32,425 nucleotides of DNA from Malassezia furfur (Eukaryota): assembly GCA_052055015.1 (NCBI GenBank), contig JBQJIT010000084.1. One strand, 5' to 3'. A program made the position numbers and the translations under genes. The notes under the pieces were generated by a model that saw nothing but the letters and a program-made list of their open reading frames with translations, was not told the origin of the DNA and did no database searches. Shown piece by piece: positions 18,984 to 26,631 of the stretch. The first letter of the stretch is position 1; each line of letters begins with the position of its first letter.

Positions 18984-19554
18984 ATGGCGGACGACGCGCG
19001 CGCAACGGCCGACAAGCAGCTGATCCACGCAGCACGCACGGACAATGTCGATCTCTTTAACTCTGTTGTGAATGCGGACCCGCCAGTGCCGTACGATATC
19101 AACTACGCGGACGGCGTCGGGAACACCGCGCTGCACCATGCCGTCGAGAACGTCTCCATTCACGTCCTGGACCTGATCCTCGACGAGGAGGTCGATGTGG
19201 ACGCGCGGAACTGCCTCGAGGGCGATACCCCGCTGCATCTGGCATGCCGTATCTCGAACGAAGAAGCGCGGAACTATGTCGGTATGTTGACGCTCGCACT
19301 TACCCAGTCCACGAACTCCTTGAGGCTGGCGCACCAACCGACACCAAAAACAACGCAGGGCTGCGGCCCGTTGATACCATTGTGGGCGCACGCGCGGAGT
19401 CGGAGCTGGGGAAACAGTGCATCGAAATGCTGACCATGAGCCAAGCCGAGGCCCAGCTGGAGCCCACCGACATTGCGTATGGTACGTTGTTCTCAAGGCT
19501 CACACAGACGATGACGACATTGCTGACGATGGCGAATCGGATGTCGAACCCTAG
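18984..19554 (+). CDS. Small ankyrin-repeat protein (yeast YGL242C-like), 172 aa; exons 18984-19281, 19308-19481, 19508-19554
   Basis: QLIHAARTDNVDL, DGVGNTALH, VLDLILD, EGDTPLHLA, LLEAGA..D.KN..G..P.D, and an acidic tail after splicing. Confidence 0.87.
19282..19307 (+). other. Spliceosomal intron, 26 nt (ankyrin intron 1)
   Basis: gtatgt-tgacgctcgca-cttac-c-cag; restores NYV|VHELLEAGA. Confidence 0.9.
19482..19507 (+). other. Spliceosomal intron, 26 nt (ankyrin intron 2)
   Basis: gtacgt-tgttctcaagg-ctcac-a-cag; gives the acidic tail DIAY|DDDDIADDGESDVEP*. Confidence 0.85.
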
Positions 19555-19585
19555 AATTTTTGTATAGTCTATCCCACAATCATCG

Positions 19586-20026
19586 TTACTCCTTCGCAGG
19601 CGGGTCTTTGCGGAAGCGGTATTGGTTTTGGTTGTCTGTCTCGAGCGACTCATATCCCTCCGGGTCGTGTGGCTTCTTGTAGAGGATGTCGAGCATGCGC
19701 TGCATGGTTGCCAGGTCGATCTCGCCGTCCTCGTCAAACTGGACGGGCAAGCGATCACTGCCTTCTTCAGTCGTAGCATCCGGGCTGTGGGGCTCCGTTA
19801 GGACCGACCCCACCTCATCCGTGGCGCGGCGGAACATGGCGCTCGGCGTAGACCGGCCATGCAGCCGCCAGAATTGGTGGACGAGCAGCGCGAGGGTGGT
19901 AATGGCAAGCACAATGAGTAAGGGACGCAGGCGGCTACGCCGGGCAGTGAACTGGGGCATTTCCCGTGGCACACCAGCAGCGCTTTTGGGCTGGACTTGG
20001 CGGTACCGTTGCGTTACGCGGGACAT
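19586..20026 (-). CDS. Hypothetical single-pass (type II-like) membrane protein, 146 aa
   Basis: ATG in an ACC context at 20026; basic N-terminus, RRSRLRP followed by a TM segment (LLIVLAITTLALLVHQFW), and an acidic C-terminal domain. No family recognised. Confidence 0.65.
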   Translation of the reverse strand: MSRVTQRYRQVQPKSAAGVPREMPQFTARRSRLRPLLIVLAITTLALLVHQFWRLHGRSTPSAMFRRATDEVGSVLTEPHSPDATTEEGSDRLPVQFDEDGEIDLATMQRMLDILYKKPHDPEGYESLETDNQNQYRFRKDPPAKE

Positions 20027-20183
20027 GGTGGTACAAGCAGACCGGACGCGCGTCAGGGCCACCCTCCACGGTGGAGGTTGCCTGTGTGCGCGCTTGCTCC
20101 ACTTCTCTGCATCTCGCCATCGCGACGGCGGTTGTCCGCGGCTGTTGACTACACGCACAACCATTGGTCGTCGACTTAGCAAG

Positions 20184-20530
20184 ATGAGTGCACGGAAAGC
20201 AGGGGTCAAGCAGCCCGAGGTGATCCAACAGTGGGCGGATATGGACTCGGAAGGTGCGACGTTTGAGCGGCACCGCATGGACGCCCAGGTCCAGTCCATC
20301 TGCATTACCGACCAGGCGGGCGTCCCCGACGCGCTGAAGGACACAAGCAAGGGCATCAAAGTGAAGGCGAGCGATGTGAACTACTTGGTACGTCTATTCT
20401 TGTGTGACATACTCATGCGTAGACGCAGCAGTTCCTTATTCCCACCCATATGGCAGAGACCGCACTTGTGCAGGGCGGCGGAGACGTCAATGCGGCCGTC
20501 ACTGTGCTCCTGACCAAGTCGCTTGCGTAG
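20184..20530 (+). CDS. HYPK: HYPK-like protein (NatA-associated, C-terminal UBA-like domain), 103 aa; exons 20184-20387, 20423-20530
   Basis: The spliced C-terminus IKVKASDVNYL|TQQFLIPTHMAETALVQGGGDVNAAVTVLL matches the HYPK/NAC-type UBA pattern (V.I...D...I.....I....AE..L....G.V..A...L). Confidence 0.75.
20388..20422 (+). other. Spliceosomal intron, 35 nt (HYPK)
   Basis: gtacgt-ctattcttgtgtgacata-ctcat-gcg-tag; the longest intron seen in the window. Confidence 0.82.
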
Positions 20531-20595
20531 ATAGATCGTCTTCGTCGCGACGCGCTCCGCGCCAGACGCCAAGAGCCGGCCCCGCCAGCGGTCTT

Positions 20596-20605
20596 GTCAC
20601 GTGAT
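20596..20605. promoter_or_regulatory. GTCACGTGAT E-box upstream of ILV2
   Basis: Identical 10-mer to 1350-1359. Confidence 0.55.
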
Positions 20606-20665
20606 ACGAACTACTCGAGTCATTTTCCCCACCGGCCGGCCTTTCTTCCAGTCAACGGTCTACGA

Positions 20666-22747
20666 ATGGTTGGCACCATGCGCCAGTGTGCGTACCGTAT
20701 GAGCGCACTGCGCTCGTCTGCGCCAGCAAACAGGATTGGAGGTATGCGTTTCCGTGCTGTGCCGGCGTCGCTCCGTGCCTTGCACGCCTCGCGTGCGTAC
20801 GCGCATGCGCAAGGTGTGCGTCCGGAGCCGGCGTCGTCGTTCCAATCGGCGCGCGCGCCGTCGCCCAAATCGCTGGGATATGACGAGGCGGACCTGGATG
20901 ACTCGTTTGTTGGCATGACGGGTGGTCAGATTTTCCACGAGATGATGCTCCGCCACGGCGTCAAGACCGTGTTCGGCTACCCTGGTGGTGCTATTCTGCC
21001 CGTCTTCGATGCCATCTACCAGTCGAAGCACTTCAACTTTGTGCTGCCCCGCCGTGAGGACGGTGCCGGGCACATGGCCGAGGGCTACGCGCGTGCGAGT
21101 GGCCAGCCCGGTGTGGTGCTGGTGACGAGTGGCCCTGGTGCGACCAATGTCGTGACGCCGATGCAGGACGCGATGAGCGACGGTGTGCCGCTGATCGTGT
21201 TCTGTGGCCAGGTCGCGACCTCGGCGATTGGCTCGGACTCGTTCCAGGAGGCCGACGTTGTGGGCATCAGCCGCAGCTGCACCAAGTGGAACGTCATGGT
21301 GAAGGACGTGGCTGAACTGCCGCGCCGCATCAACGAGGCATTCAAGATTGCGATGAGTGGACGCCGCGGACCTGTGCTGGTGGACCTGCCCAAGGACATG
21401 ACTGCGAGTGTGCTCAAGCACGCCATTCCCCGCAGCAGCACTGAGCCGAACCGCTCGCTGATGCCCTCGCGCGAGACGGCGCTGCAGCGCAGCCGCGAGG
21501 CATGGAAGCAGCTTGGCCGCGCTGTGATGGACGACAATGTGCAGCCGTCGATCGAGGCGGCTGCACGCCTCGTGGAAAAGGCCAAGCGCCCCATCGTCTA
21601 CGCTGGCCACGGTGTCCTGGCCAACCCCGAGGGCAGCAAGGCGCTGCGCGAGCTTTCGGAGAAGTTCCAGATTCCCGTGACCACGACGCTGCACGGTCTG
21701 GGTGCATTTGACGAGGAGAGCGACCTGTCGCTGCACATGCTCGGTATGCACGGCTCGGCGTACGCCAATCTGGCGATGCAGAACGCCGACCTGATTATTG
21801 CGCTGGGCGCGCGCTTTGACGACCGTGTAACGGGCCGTGTGGACCGCTTCGCGCCCGAGGCGCATGCGGCCGCGGAAGAGGGCCGCGGTGGTATCATCCA
21901 CTTTGAGGTGATGCCCAAGAACATCAACAAGGTTGTGCAGGCGACCGTCGCCGTGGAGGGCGACGTCACCGAGAACCTCGAAAAGATGTTGCCCCTGGTG
22001 CAGTCTGTACCGGACCACAGCGAGTGGCTTGCGCAGCTGCAGGCGTGGAAGAAGGAGTTCCCCTTCACGTACGACCCGTCGCAGCCGTCCAAGGGCGAGC
22101 TGATGAAGCCGCAGGAGGTGATCGAGGCCCTGGATGCCGCCGTGGCGAACCAGAAGGAGAACGTGGTGGTCACCGCGGGTGTCGGCCAGCACCAGATGTG
22201 GGCCGCCCAACACTACCGCTGGCGCCACCCGCGCTCGTGGATCTCGTCGGGTGGCCTGGGCACGATGGGCTTTGGTCTGCCGTCGGCGATCGGCGCCAAG
22301 GTCGCGATGCCCGACAAGATGGTCGTCGACATTGACGGCGATGCCAGCTTCAGCATGACGGCGATGGAGCTCGCGACTGCGGCGCAGTACAGCATCGGTG
22401 TCAAGGTGCTGCTGCTCAACAACGAGTTCCAGGGTATGGTGCTGCAGTGGCAGGACCTCTTCTACGACCGCCGCTACTCGCACACCGAGATGCACAACCC
22501 CGACTTTGTGAAGCTTGCCGAGAGCATGGGCGTCAAGGCGATCCGGTGCGAATCGCTCGACGACCTGCCGGCCAAGATGAAGGAGTTTATTGAATACGAC
22601 AACAACAAGCCTGTGCTGTTCGAGGCGCGTGTCGTCAAGTCGGAGCACGTGTTCCCCATGGTGGCCGCCGGCAAGGCGCTCGACGAGCAGCTCGTGCACC
22701 CGTCGCTGAACGCGCCCAACTCCGCCCCGCGGTTCACCCCGTTGTAG
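20666..22747 (+). CDS. ILV2: Acetolactate synthase catalytic subunit, mitochondrial (~693 aa)
   Basis: Arg/Ser/Ala-rich presequence; VFGYPGGAILPVFDAI, GAGHMAEGYARASG, VTSGPGATN, MLGMHGS, GARFDDRVTG, GVGQHQMWAAQ, SGGLGTMGFGLP, and the ThDP motif DGDASF...LLNN. An alternative ATG lies at 20678. Confidence 0.98.
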   Translation: MVGTMRQCAYRMSALRSSAPANRIGGMRFRAVPASLRALHASRAYAHAQGVRPEPASSFQSARAPSPKSLGYDEADLDDSFVGMTGGQIFHEMMLRHGVKTVFGYPGGAILPVFDAIYQSKHFNFVLPRREDGAGHMAEGYARASGQPGVVLVTSGPGATNVVTPMQDAMSDGVPLIVFCGQVATSAIGSDSFQEADVVGISRSCTKWNVMVKDVAELPRRINEAFKIAMSGRRGPVLVDLPKDMTASVLKHAIPRSSTEPNRSLMPSRETALQRSREAWKQLGRAVMDDNVQPSIEAAARLVEKAKRPIVYAGHGVLANPEGSKALRELSEKFQIPVTTTLHGLGAFDEESDLSLHMLGMHGSAYANLAMQNADLIIALGARFDDRVTGRVDRFAPEAHAAAEEGRGGIIHFEVMPKNINKVVQATVAVEGDVTENLEKMLPLVQSVPDHSEWLAQLQAWKKEFPFTYDPSQPSKGELMKPQEVIEALDAAVANQKENVVVTAGVGQHQMWAAQHYRWRHPRSWISSGGLGTMGFGLPSAIGAKVAMPDKMVVDIDGDASFSMTAMELATAAQYSIGVKVLLLNNEFQGMVLQWQDLFYDRRYSHTEMHNPDFVKLAESMGVKAIRCESLDDLPAKMKEFIEYDNNKPVLFEARVVKSEHVFPMVAAGKALDEQLVHPSLNAPNSAPRFTPL

Positions 22748-22826
22748 ATTTTGTAGTCGCTGGTCGCGGCCGCTTGCGCGCACCGGCACGCACCCTCCAC
22801 GCATAACTCCCCATCCTCGGACCGTG

Positions 22827-24122
22827 ATGGCCAACGCCGCGGCAACGCTGCCGATGGTGGAGACGCAGTGGCTGTTCAGCCGCGAGGACTTGGCGCAGAC
22901 GCCGAGCGTGACGGGCATCTCGGAGGCGCCCGCCGCACGGTCGTCGGCCTCGCCGCTGCAGCAGCGCGGCGCTCAAACGCTGACACCGACGCAGGAACGC
23001 GTGCTGCGCGGCAAGGGCGTGCACCTCATCTTTAAGATGGGCGAGTTTCTGCAGCTGGGGCAGCACGTCATGTCTACAGCGGTGACCTATTTCCACCGTT
23101 TCTATATGCGCCGGCCCCTGCAGGTGAGCCGCAGCGGGCCGGGGTGGTCCCACTACGAAATCGCCGCGGCGTGCGTCTTTCTGGCGTGCAAGGTCGAGGA
23201 GGCGCTGCGTAAGCTGCCGGCGGTTGTCGACGCGGCCATGTCGTCGCTGGACAAGTCGTACGAAGGCCAGATGCGGTGGGCTGATCGCTCATTCCGTGCA
23301 AACCAACAGTCGCACGAGTTCCAAAAATGGCGCGACAGCATTCTGCTTCACGAAGAAACGCTGCTGACCACGCTGTGCTTTGACTTGGTCGTGCCGCAGC
23401 CGCACGAGGTGCTGGTGCGCGCCACGCAGAGTCTCGAGGTTGAACGGCCCGTCGCGCGGCTTGCGTGGTGCATCCTGAATGACTGCCTGCGCGACCCAAC
23501 GTGGATTCTGTTCGACGCGCCGGTGCTGGCGGCCGGCGCGTTCCAAAAGGCGTGTGCGTTGCGCAACATCGATCCGGCGAACTATTATGCCGCACGGCCA
23601 CGCGGCGCGCCGCAGGTCGCGCCCGAAGACAACTACTTTGACTGGCTCGACGTGTTTGACGTTGACGAGGAAGAGGCGCAGTCCGCGATGCAGGCCATCG
23701 ACCAGGACGTATACGGCTTCCATATGCCGCTGCAGCATCAGCGGCCGCTCCGGGGTGACAAGGAGCTCAAGGCAAAAGGAAGTGCTATGGACCTTGTTGC
23801 GTCCGCACGGACAACGCCAGGCGTCTCGCCTGCCCCTACATCCAAGGCAGACGCTGGCGCGCGTGCCGAGGTGCCGACGAGCGAGTCGAGTGCAGCGCCG
23901 GCAGCCACAGCGGCGGCAGCGGCGTCAGCCAGTGCTCCCGCAGCGGCAGCGCCTGCAGCGGCCGCTCCGGCGACCACAGCCTCGGCGGCACCGGCTCCTG
24001 GGACGGCAACGCCTGCGGCGGCAGCGTCTGCAGCGGAAGCACCCGCGGAGCCCGCAGCAGCGTCACAGCACAAGCGTGCCGCGTCCACCTCGTCACGCGA
24101 GTCGGGCGAACTTTCGAGCTAG
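22827..24122 (+). CDS. Transcriptional cyclin (cyclin T/K, Pch1-like), 431 aa
   Basis: QWLFSREDLAQTPS, ERVLRGKGVHLI, TAVTYFHRFYMR, IAAACVFLACKVEE, WRDSILLHEETLLTTLCFDLVVPQPH, AWCILND; Ala/Pro-rich tail. Confidence 0.9.
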   Translation: MANAAATLPMVETQWLFSREDLAQTPSVTGISEAPAARSSASPLQQRGAQTLTPTQERVLRGKGVHLIFKMGEFLQLGQHVMSTAVTYFHRFYMRRPLQVSRSGPGWSHYEIAAACVFLACKVEEALRKLPAVVDAAMSSLDKSYEGQMRWADRSFRANQQSHEFQKWRDSILLHEETLLTTLCFDLVVPQPHEVLVRATQSLEVERPVARLAWCILNDCLRDPTWILFDAPVLAAGAFQKACALRNIDPANYYAARPRGAPQVAPEDNYFDWLDVFDVDEEEAQSAMQAIDQDVYGFHMPLQHQRPLRGDKELKAKGSAMDLVASARTTPGVSPAPTSKADAGARAEVPTSESSAAPAATAAAAASASAPAAAAPAAAAPATTASAAPAPGTATPAAAASAAEAPAEPAAASQHKRAASTSSRESGELSS

Positions 24123-24134
24123 GGGTATAGGCTG

Positions 24135-26567
24135 CTACATACTTGCACTTGCGCGCTCGAGCAGCGCCGCGACGCTGGTCGGCTCGTACTCGCCCGCGTC
24201 TGTCGCGGCAAACACTACGTCGTCATCCAGATAAAACGACACGCCGCGTTTTCCGTCAATATGCTTGGCGACACGTAGCAGGGCCAGGCCCGTAGTGGGC
24301 TCCAGCTTGTTTTGCGCGAGGACAAACAGGTCGCGCTTCCGCGCCTCGTCTTCGACGATCGTACGGAACGCCACATCTTCGAGCACGGGCGGCGGTGCCA
24401 TGGCCGGCCGCCGGGCGTCGGCGGCGGCAGCGGCTGCGCGCGCCTCGCTGCGCGACGTCGGCTGGACGTCGGGCATCGGCAGCGTGTCGCGGTGCTCGCC
24501 GAGATCCAGCGCACGGTTCATCAGGCGAAGCGCACGCATCAGCACGCTGGCGACGCCCGCGAGGCGCACCACGTCCGGTGGGAAGTAGTGCCGCCAGAAC
24601 GTGTACCACGCGGCGACCTCGTCGAAGCGCAGCGTCGGCTGCACGAGCCACGTGTGGAGGGTGCGGAGGAAGTGCGCGCCAAACTCGACCTCGAGCAGGC
24701 GGCTCAATACGCTCTCGCGGAGCACGGGGCGCCACGCAAGCACCTGGTCGAGCGTCGCGAGGTCCTGGTCCGCCGGGTTCACCACAAAGTCGGTGCGCAG
24801 CGCCTTGCCGAGCGCAGGCACCACCTTGTCGAGCAGCAAGGCGTCCCAGTCTTTGGCAGGGAACACCTCCTTCCAGTGTGCCAGCTCGGGCGGCACACCG
24901 TCGGCGACGCGCCACGCAGTGAGCGCGCTGCGCCACTGCTGCCGCGCGTCGGCAAGCAGCGTGTCCATACGCTTGCCACCCACCGGGACCCACGGGAGCA
25001 GGAGCACGTGCAGCGGCACACGCTCCCTCGGCGACCAATGGCGCACGGCGCAATGCAGCTTGGGCAACACAAGCTGCTCCAGCACATTGTCATACAGGAA
25101 GGGCGGGAGCAGGTCGCGCCACGCCTCGACGAGCGCGATCGCCGACGCGGGGTCGTGCACGTCCCATGCGCCCGTGAGTGTGCTGCGGATCTTGGGCATC
25201 CACACGTTCCACAAGACGCTTTCGTACGGCGTCATGACGCCCTCGGCACGCGATGCGGGCTGCAGCGCCGCGCGCCACGGCGCGAGTGTCGCAGTGAATG
25301 CGTGCGGCGCTTCGAGCGGGTCCCAGTCGACAAGCACGCGGCGCAGCACCGGCACAAGTGCGCCGGCCACCGCCTCGTCCAGGCCCAGCTGCGCGGTGCG
25401 TGGTGACTGCGCCTGTGCGGCGAGCAGCGCCTCGACAAACGGTGCAAGGTCCTCGAGGCGCTCGGCGACCTGCGCGGCCTCACTCAGGCGCACTACCGTG
25501 TCCAGCACGGAGCGCAGCACCGCACGCTCCTCGTCTATCTTGGCCGCGCGCCGCGCACTCTCGTGCAGATCGCGATCGAGCCAGCGTGCGCGGTCGAGAT
25601 GCGCGGCGCCCTCGCGCGCGAGCTTCTGGAGCGCGTCGCGGCTCCCGTCGCTGAGCAGGCGCAGGTTGTGCCGCAGCTCGGGCAACTGCGCACTCTCGCT
25701 CGTCGGCACCGCGTGCTTGGCCAGCGCTGCGGCTAGCGAGTCGACTTCGCGCACCTCGTGGCCGGTCGCATCGAGCACGGGGCCGACGCCGGGCGCGGCC
25801 GCCTCGGCAATGATCTCTTCGTACGTGCGATACACCACCGTAGGTTTGCGTTCCTTGGCCTTGCGGCGCCAGGCTGACGACGAGATGGTCGGTGCGCGCT
25901 GCGTGGATGCGTCGCCCTCGTCCTCGTCGCTCGACGCGGGTGCACCGGTGCGGCGGCGTTCCTCGGCGCGCGCCTGCTTCGTCTTTTCGCGCAGGCCGCC
26001 AAATGCGACACCCGCGCGCGTGGGGCGCAGCTGGACCTCGATCGGGTTGACAATGCCCTCGCCTTCCTTTCCGAGACCGCCGCCCGTCCAGCCCATGTGC
26101 CGTAGGTACGCGGACGGATCAAAGCCGCCCGACCCCGACACGCGCGACAGCGGCACGGATGGCGGCGGCGCGGGCGCGGGCGGCGGTGTCGGGCGCGCGG
26201 GGGGTCGTGCCGCTTGCTCAGTGCGCGCGTCGTGGCCCGTCTGGCCGCGAGCATGTGCGAGTTTTGCGCCGAGTCCCGCGCCGATGGACCGCCGTGCAAA
26301 CGAGAGGGTATCGTCGTCGCCGCTGTCCGAGGCAGCGTCGCTCTTGGCCTGTGCCTCGGTGGGCGCTTGTGTGGATGTATCGGCGGACGCCTCGGAGCGC
26401 GACGTGTGCCCTGCGGCGACAAACGCCGGCGGCTTCGACGCGCGCACAAACGACGGCGCGGCACCGCGTCTCTCCTCGCGACCCGTCACCGCATCGTCGT
26501 CGCTAGAGTGCACCGAGTCGTTGGAGTCGGAGCCCTCGGCGAGCCAGCGTGCTTTGCGTCGCGCCAT
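24135..26567 (-). CDS. TFIP11: Spliceosome disassembly factor TFIP11/Ntr1(Spp382), G-patch + GCFC domain, 810 aa
   Basis: G-patch YLRHMGWTGGGLGKEGEGIVNPIEVQLRPTRAGVAFGG; LPELRHNLRLL; MTPYESVLWNVWMPKIRS; WRDLLPPFLYDNVLEQLVLPKL; FVVNPADQDL; EVAAWYTFW. Confidence 0.93.
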   Translation of the reverse strand: MARRKARWLAEGSDSNDSVHSSDDDAVTGREERRGAAPSFVRASKPPAFVAAGHTSRSEASADTSTQAPTEAQAKSDAASDSGDDDTLSFARRSIGAGLGAKLAHARGQTGHDARTEQAARPPARPTPPPAPAPPPSVPLSRVSGSGGFDPSAYLRHMGWTGGGLGKEGEGIVNPIEVQLRPTRAGVAFGGLREKTKQARAEERRRTGAPASSDEDEGDASTQRAPTISSSAWRRKAKERKPTVVYRTYEEIIAEAAAPGVGPVLDATGHEVREVDSLAAALAKHAVPTSESAQLPELRHNLRLLSDGSRDALQKLAREGAAHLDRARWLDRDLHESARRAAKIDEERAVLRSVLDTVVRLSEAAQVAERLEDLAPFVEALLAAQAQSPRTAQLGLDEAVAGALVPVLRRVLVDWDPLEAPHAFTATLAPWRAALQPASRAEGVMTPYESVLWNVWMPKIRSTLTGAWDVHDPASAIALVEAWRDLLPPFLYDNVLEQLVLPKLHCAVRHWSPRERVPLHVLLLPWVPVGGKRMDTLLADARQQWRSALTAWRVADGVPPELAHWKEVFPAKDWDALLLDKVVPALGKALRTDFVVNPADQDLATLDQVLAWRPVLRESVLSRLLEVEFGAHFLRTLHTWLVQPTLRFDEVAAWYTFWRHYFPPDVVRLAGVASVLMRALRLMNRALDLGEHRDTLPMPDVQPTSRSEARAAAAAADARRPAMAPPPVLEDVAFRTIVEDEARKRDLFVLAQNKLEPTTGLALLRVAKHIDGKRGVSFYLDDDVVFAATDAGEYEPTSVAALLERASASM

Positions 26568-26631
26568 GGCGCTCGAGGCGAAGCGGTCGTGTGGATGACT
26601 AAACAAACGAATGTCAGGGCGCTCGGCACAG

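Noticed and set aside
11473..20530. Apparent proteostasis cluster (AN1 finger, LCL2, PI31, HYPK) and co-location of two spliceosome factors
   Set aside because: These are interspersed with unrelated housekeeping genes; such adjacency is expected by chance in a compact genome.
20660..22918. 752-aa antisense ORF over ILV2 (similarly 9218-10867, 26611-29052, 24601-26598, 99-1223, 3088-4170)
   Set aside because: Shadow ORFs expected from high GC3 codon bias; no recognisable domains, and fully explained by the opposite-strand genes.
23885..24065. GCN-rich repetitive tract; also CACG-rich tracts at 11496-11520 and 32286-32320
   Set aside because: Low-complexity coding sequence (Ala/Pro or Arg/Ala/Thr), not a CRISPR array, satellite or mobile element.
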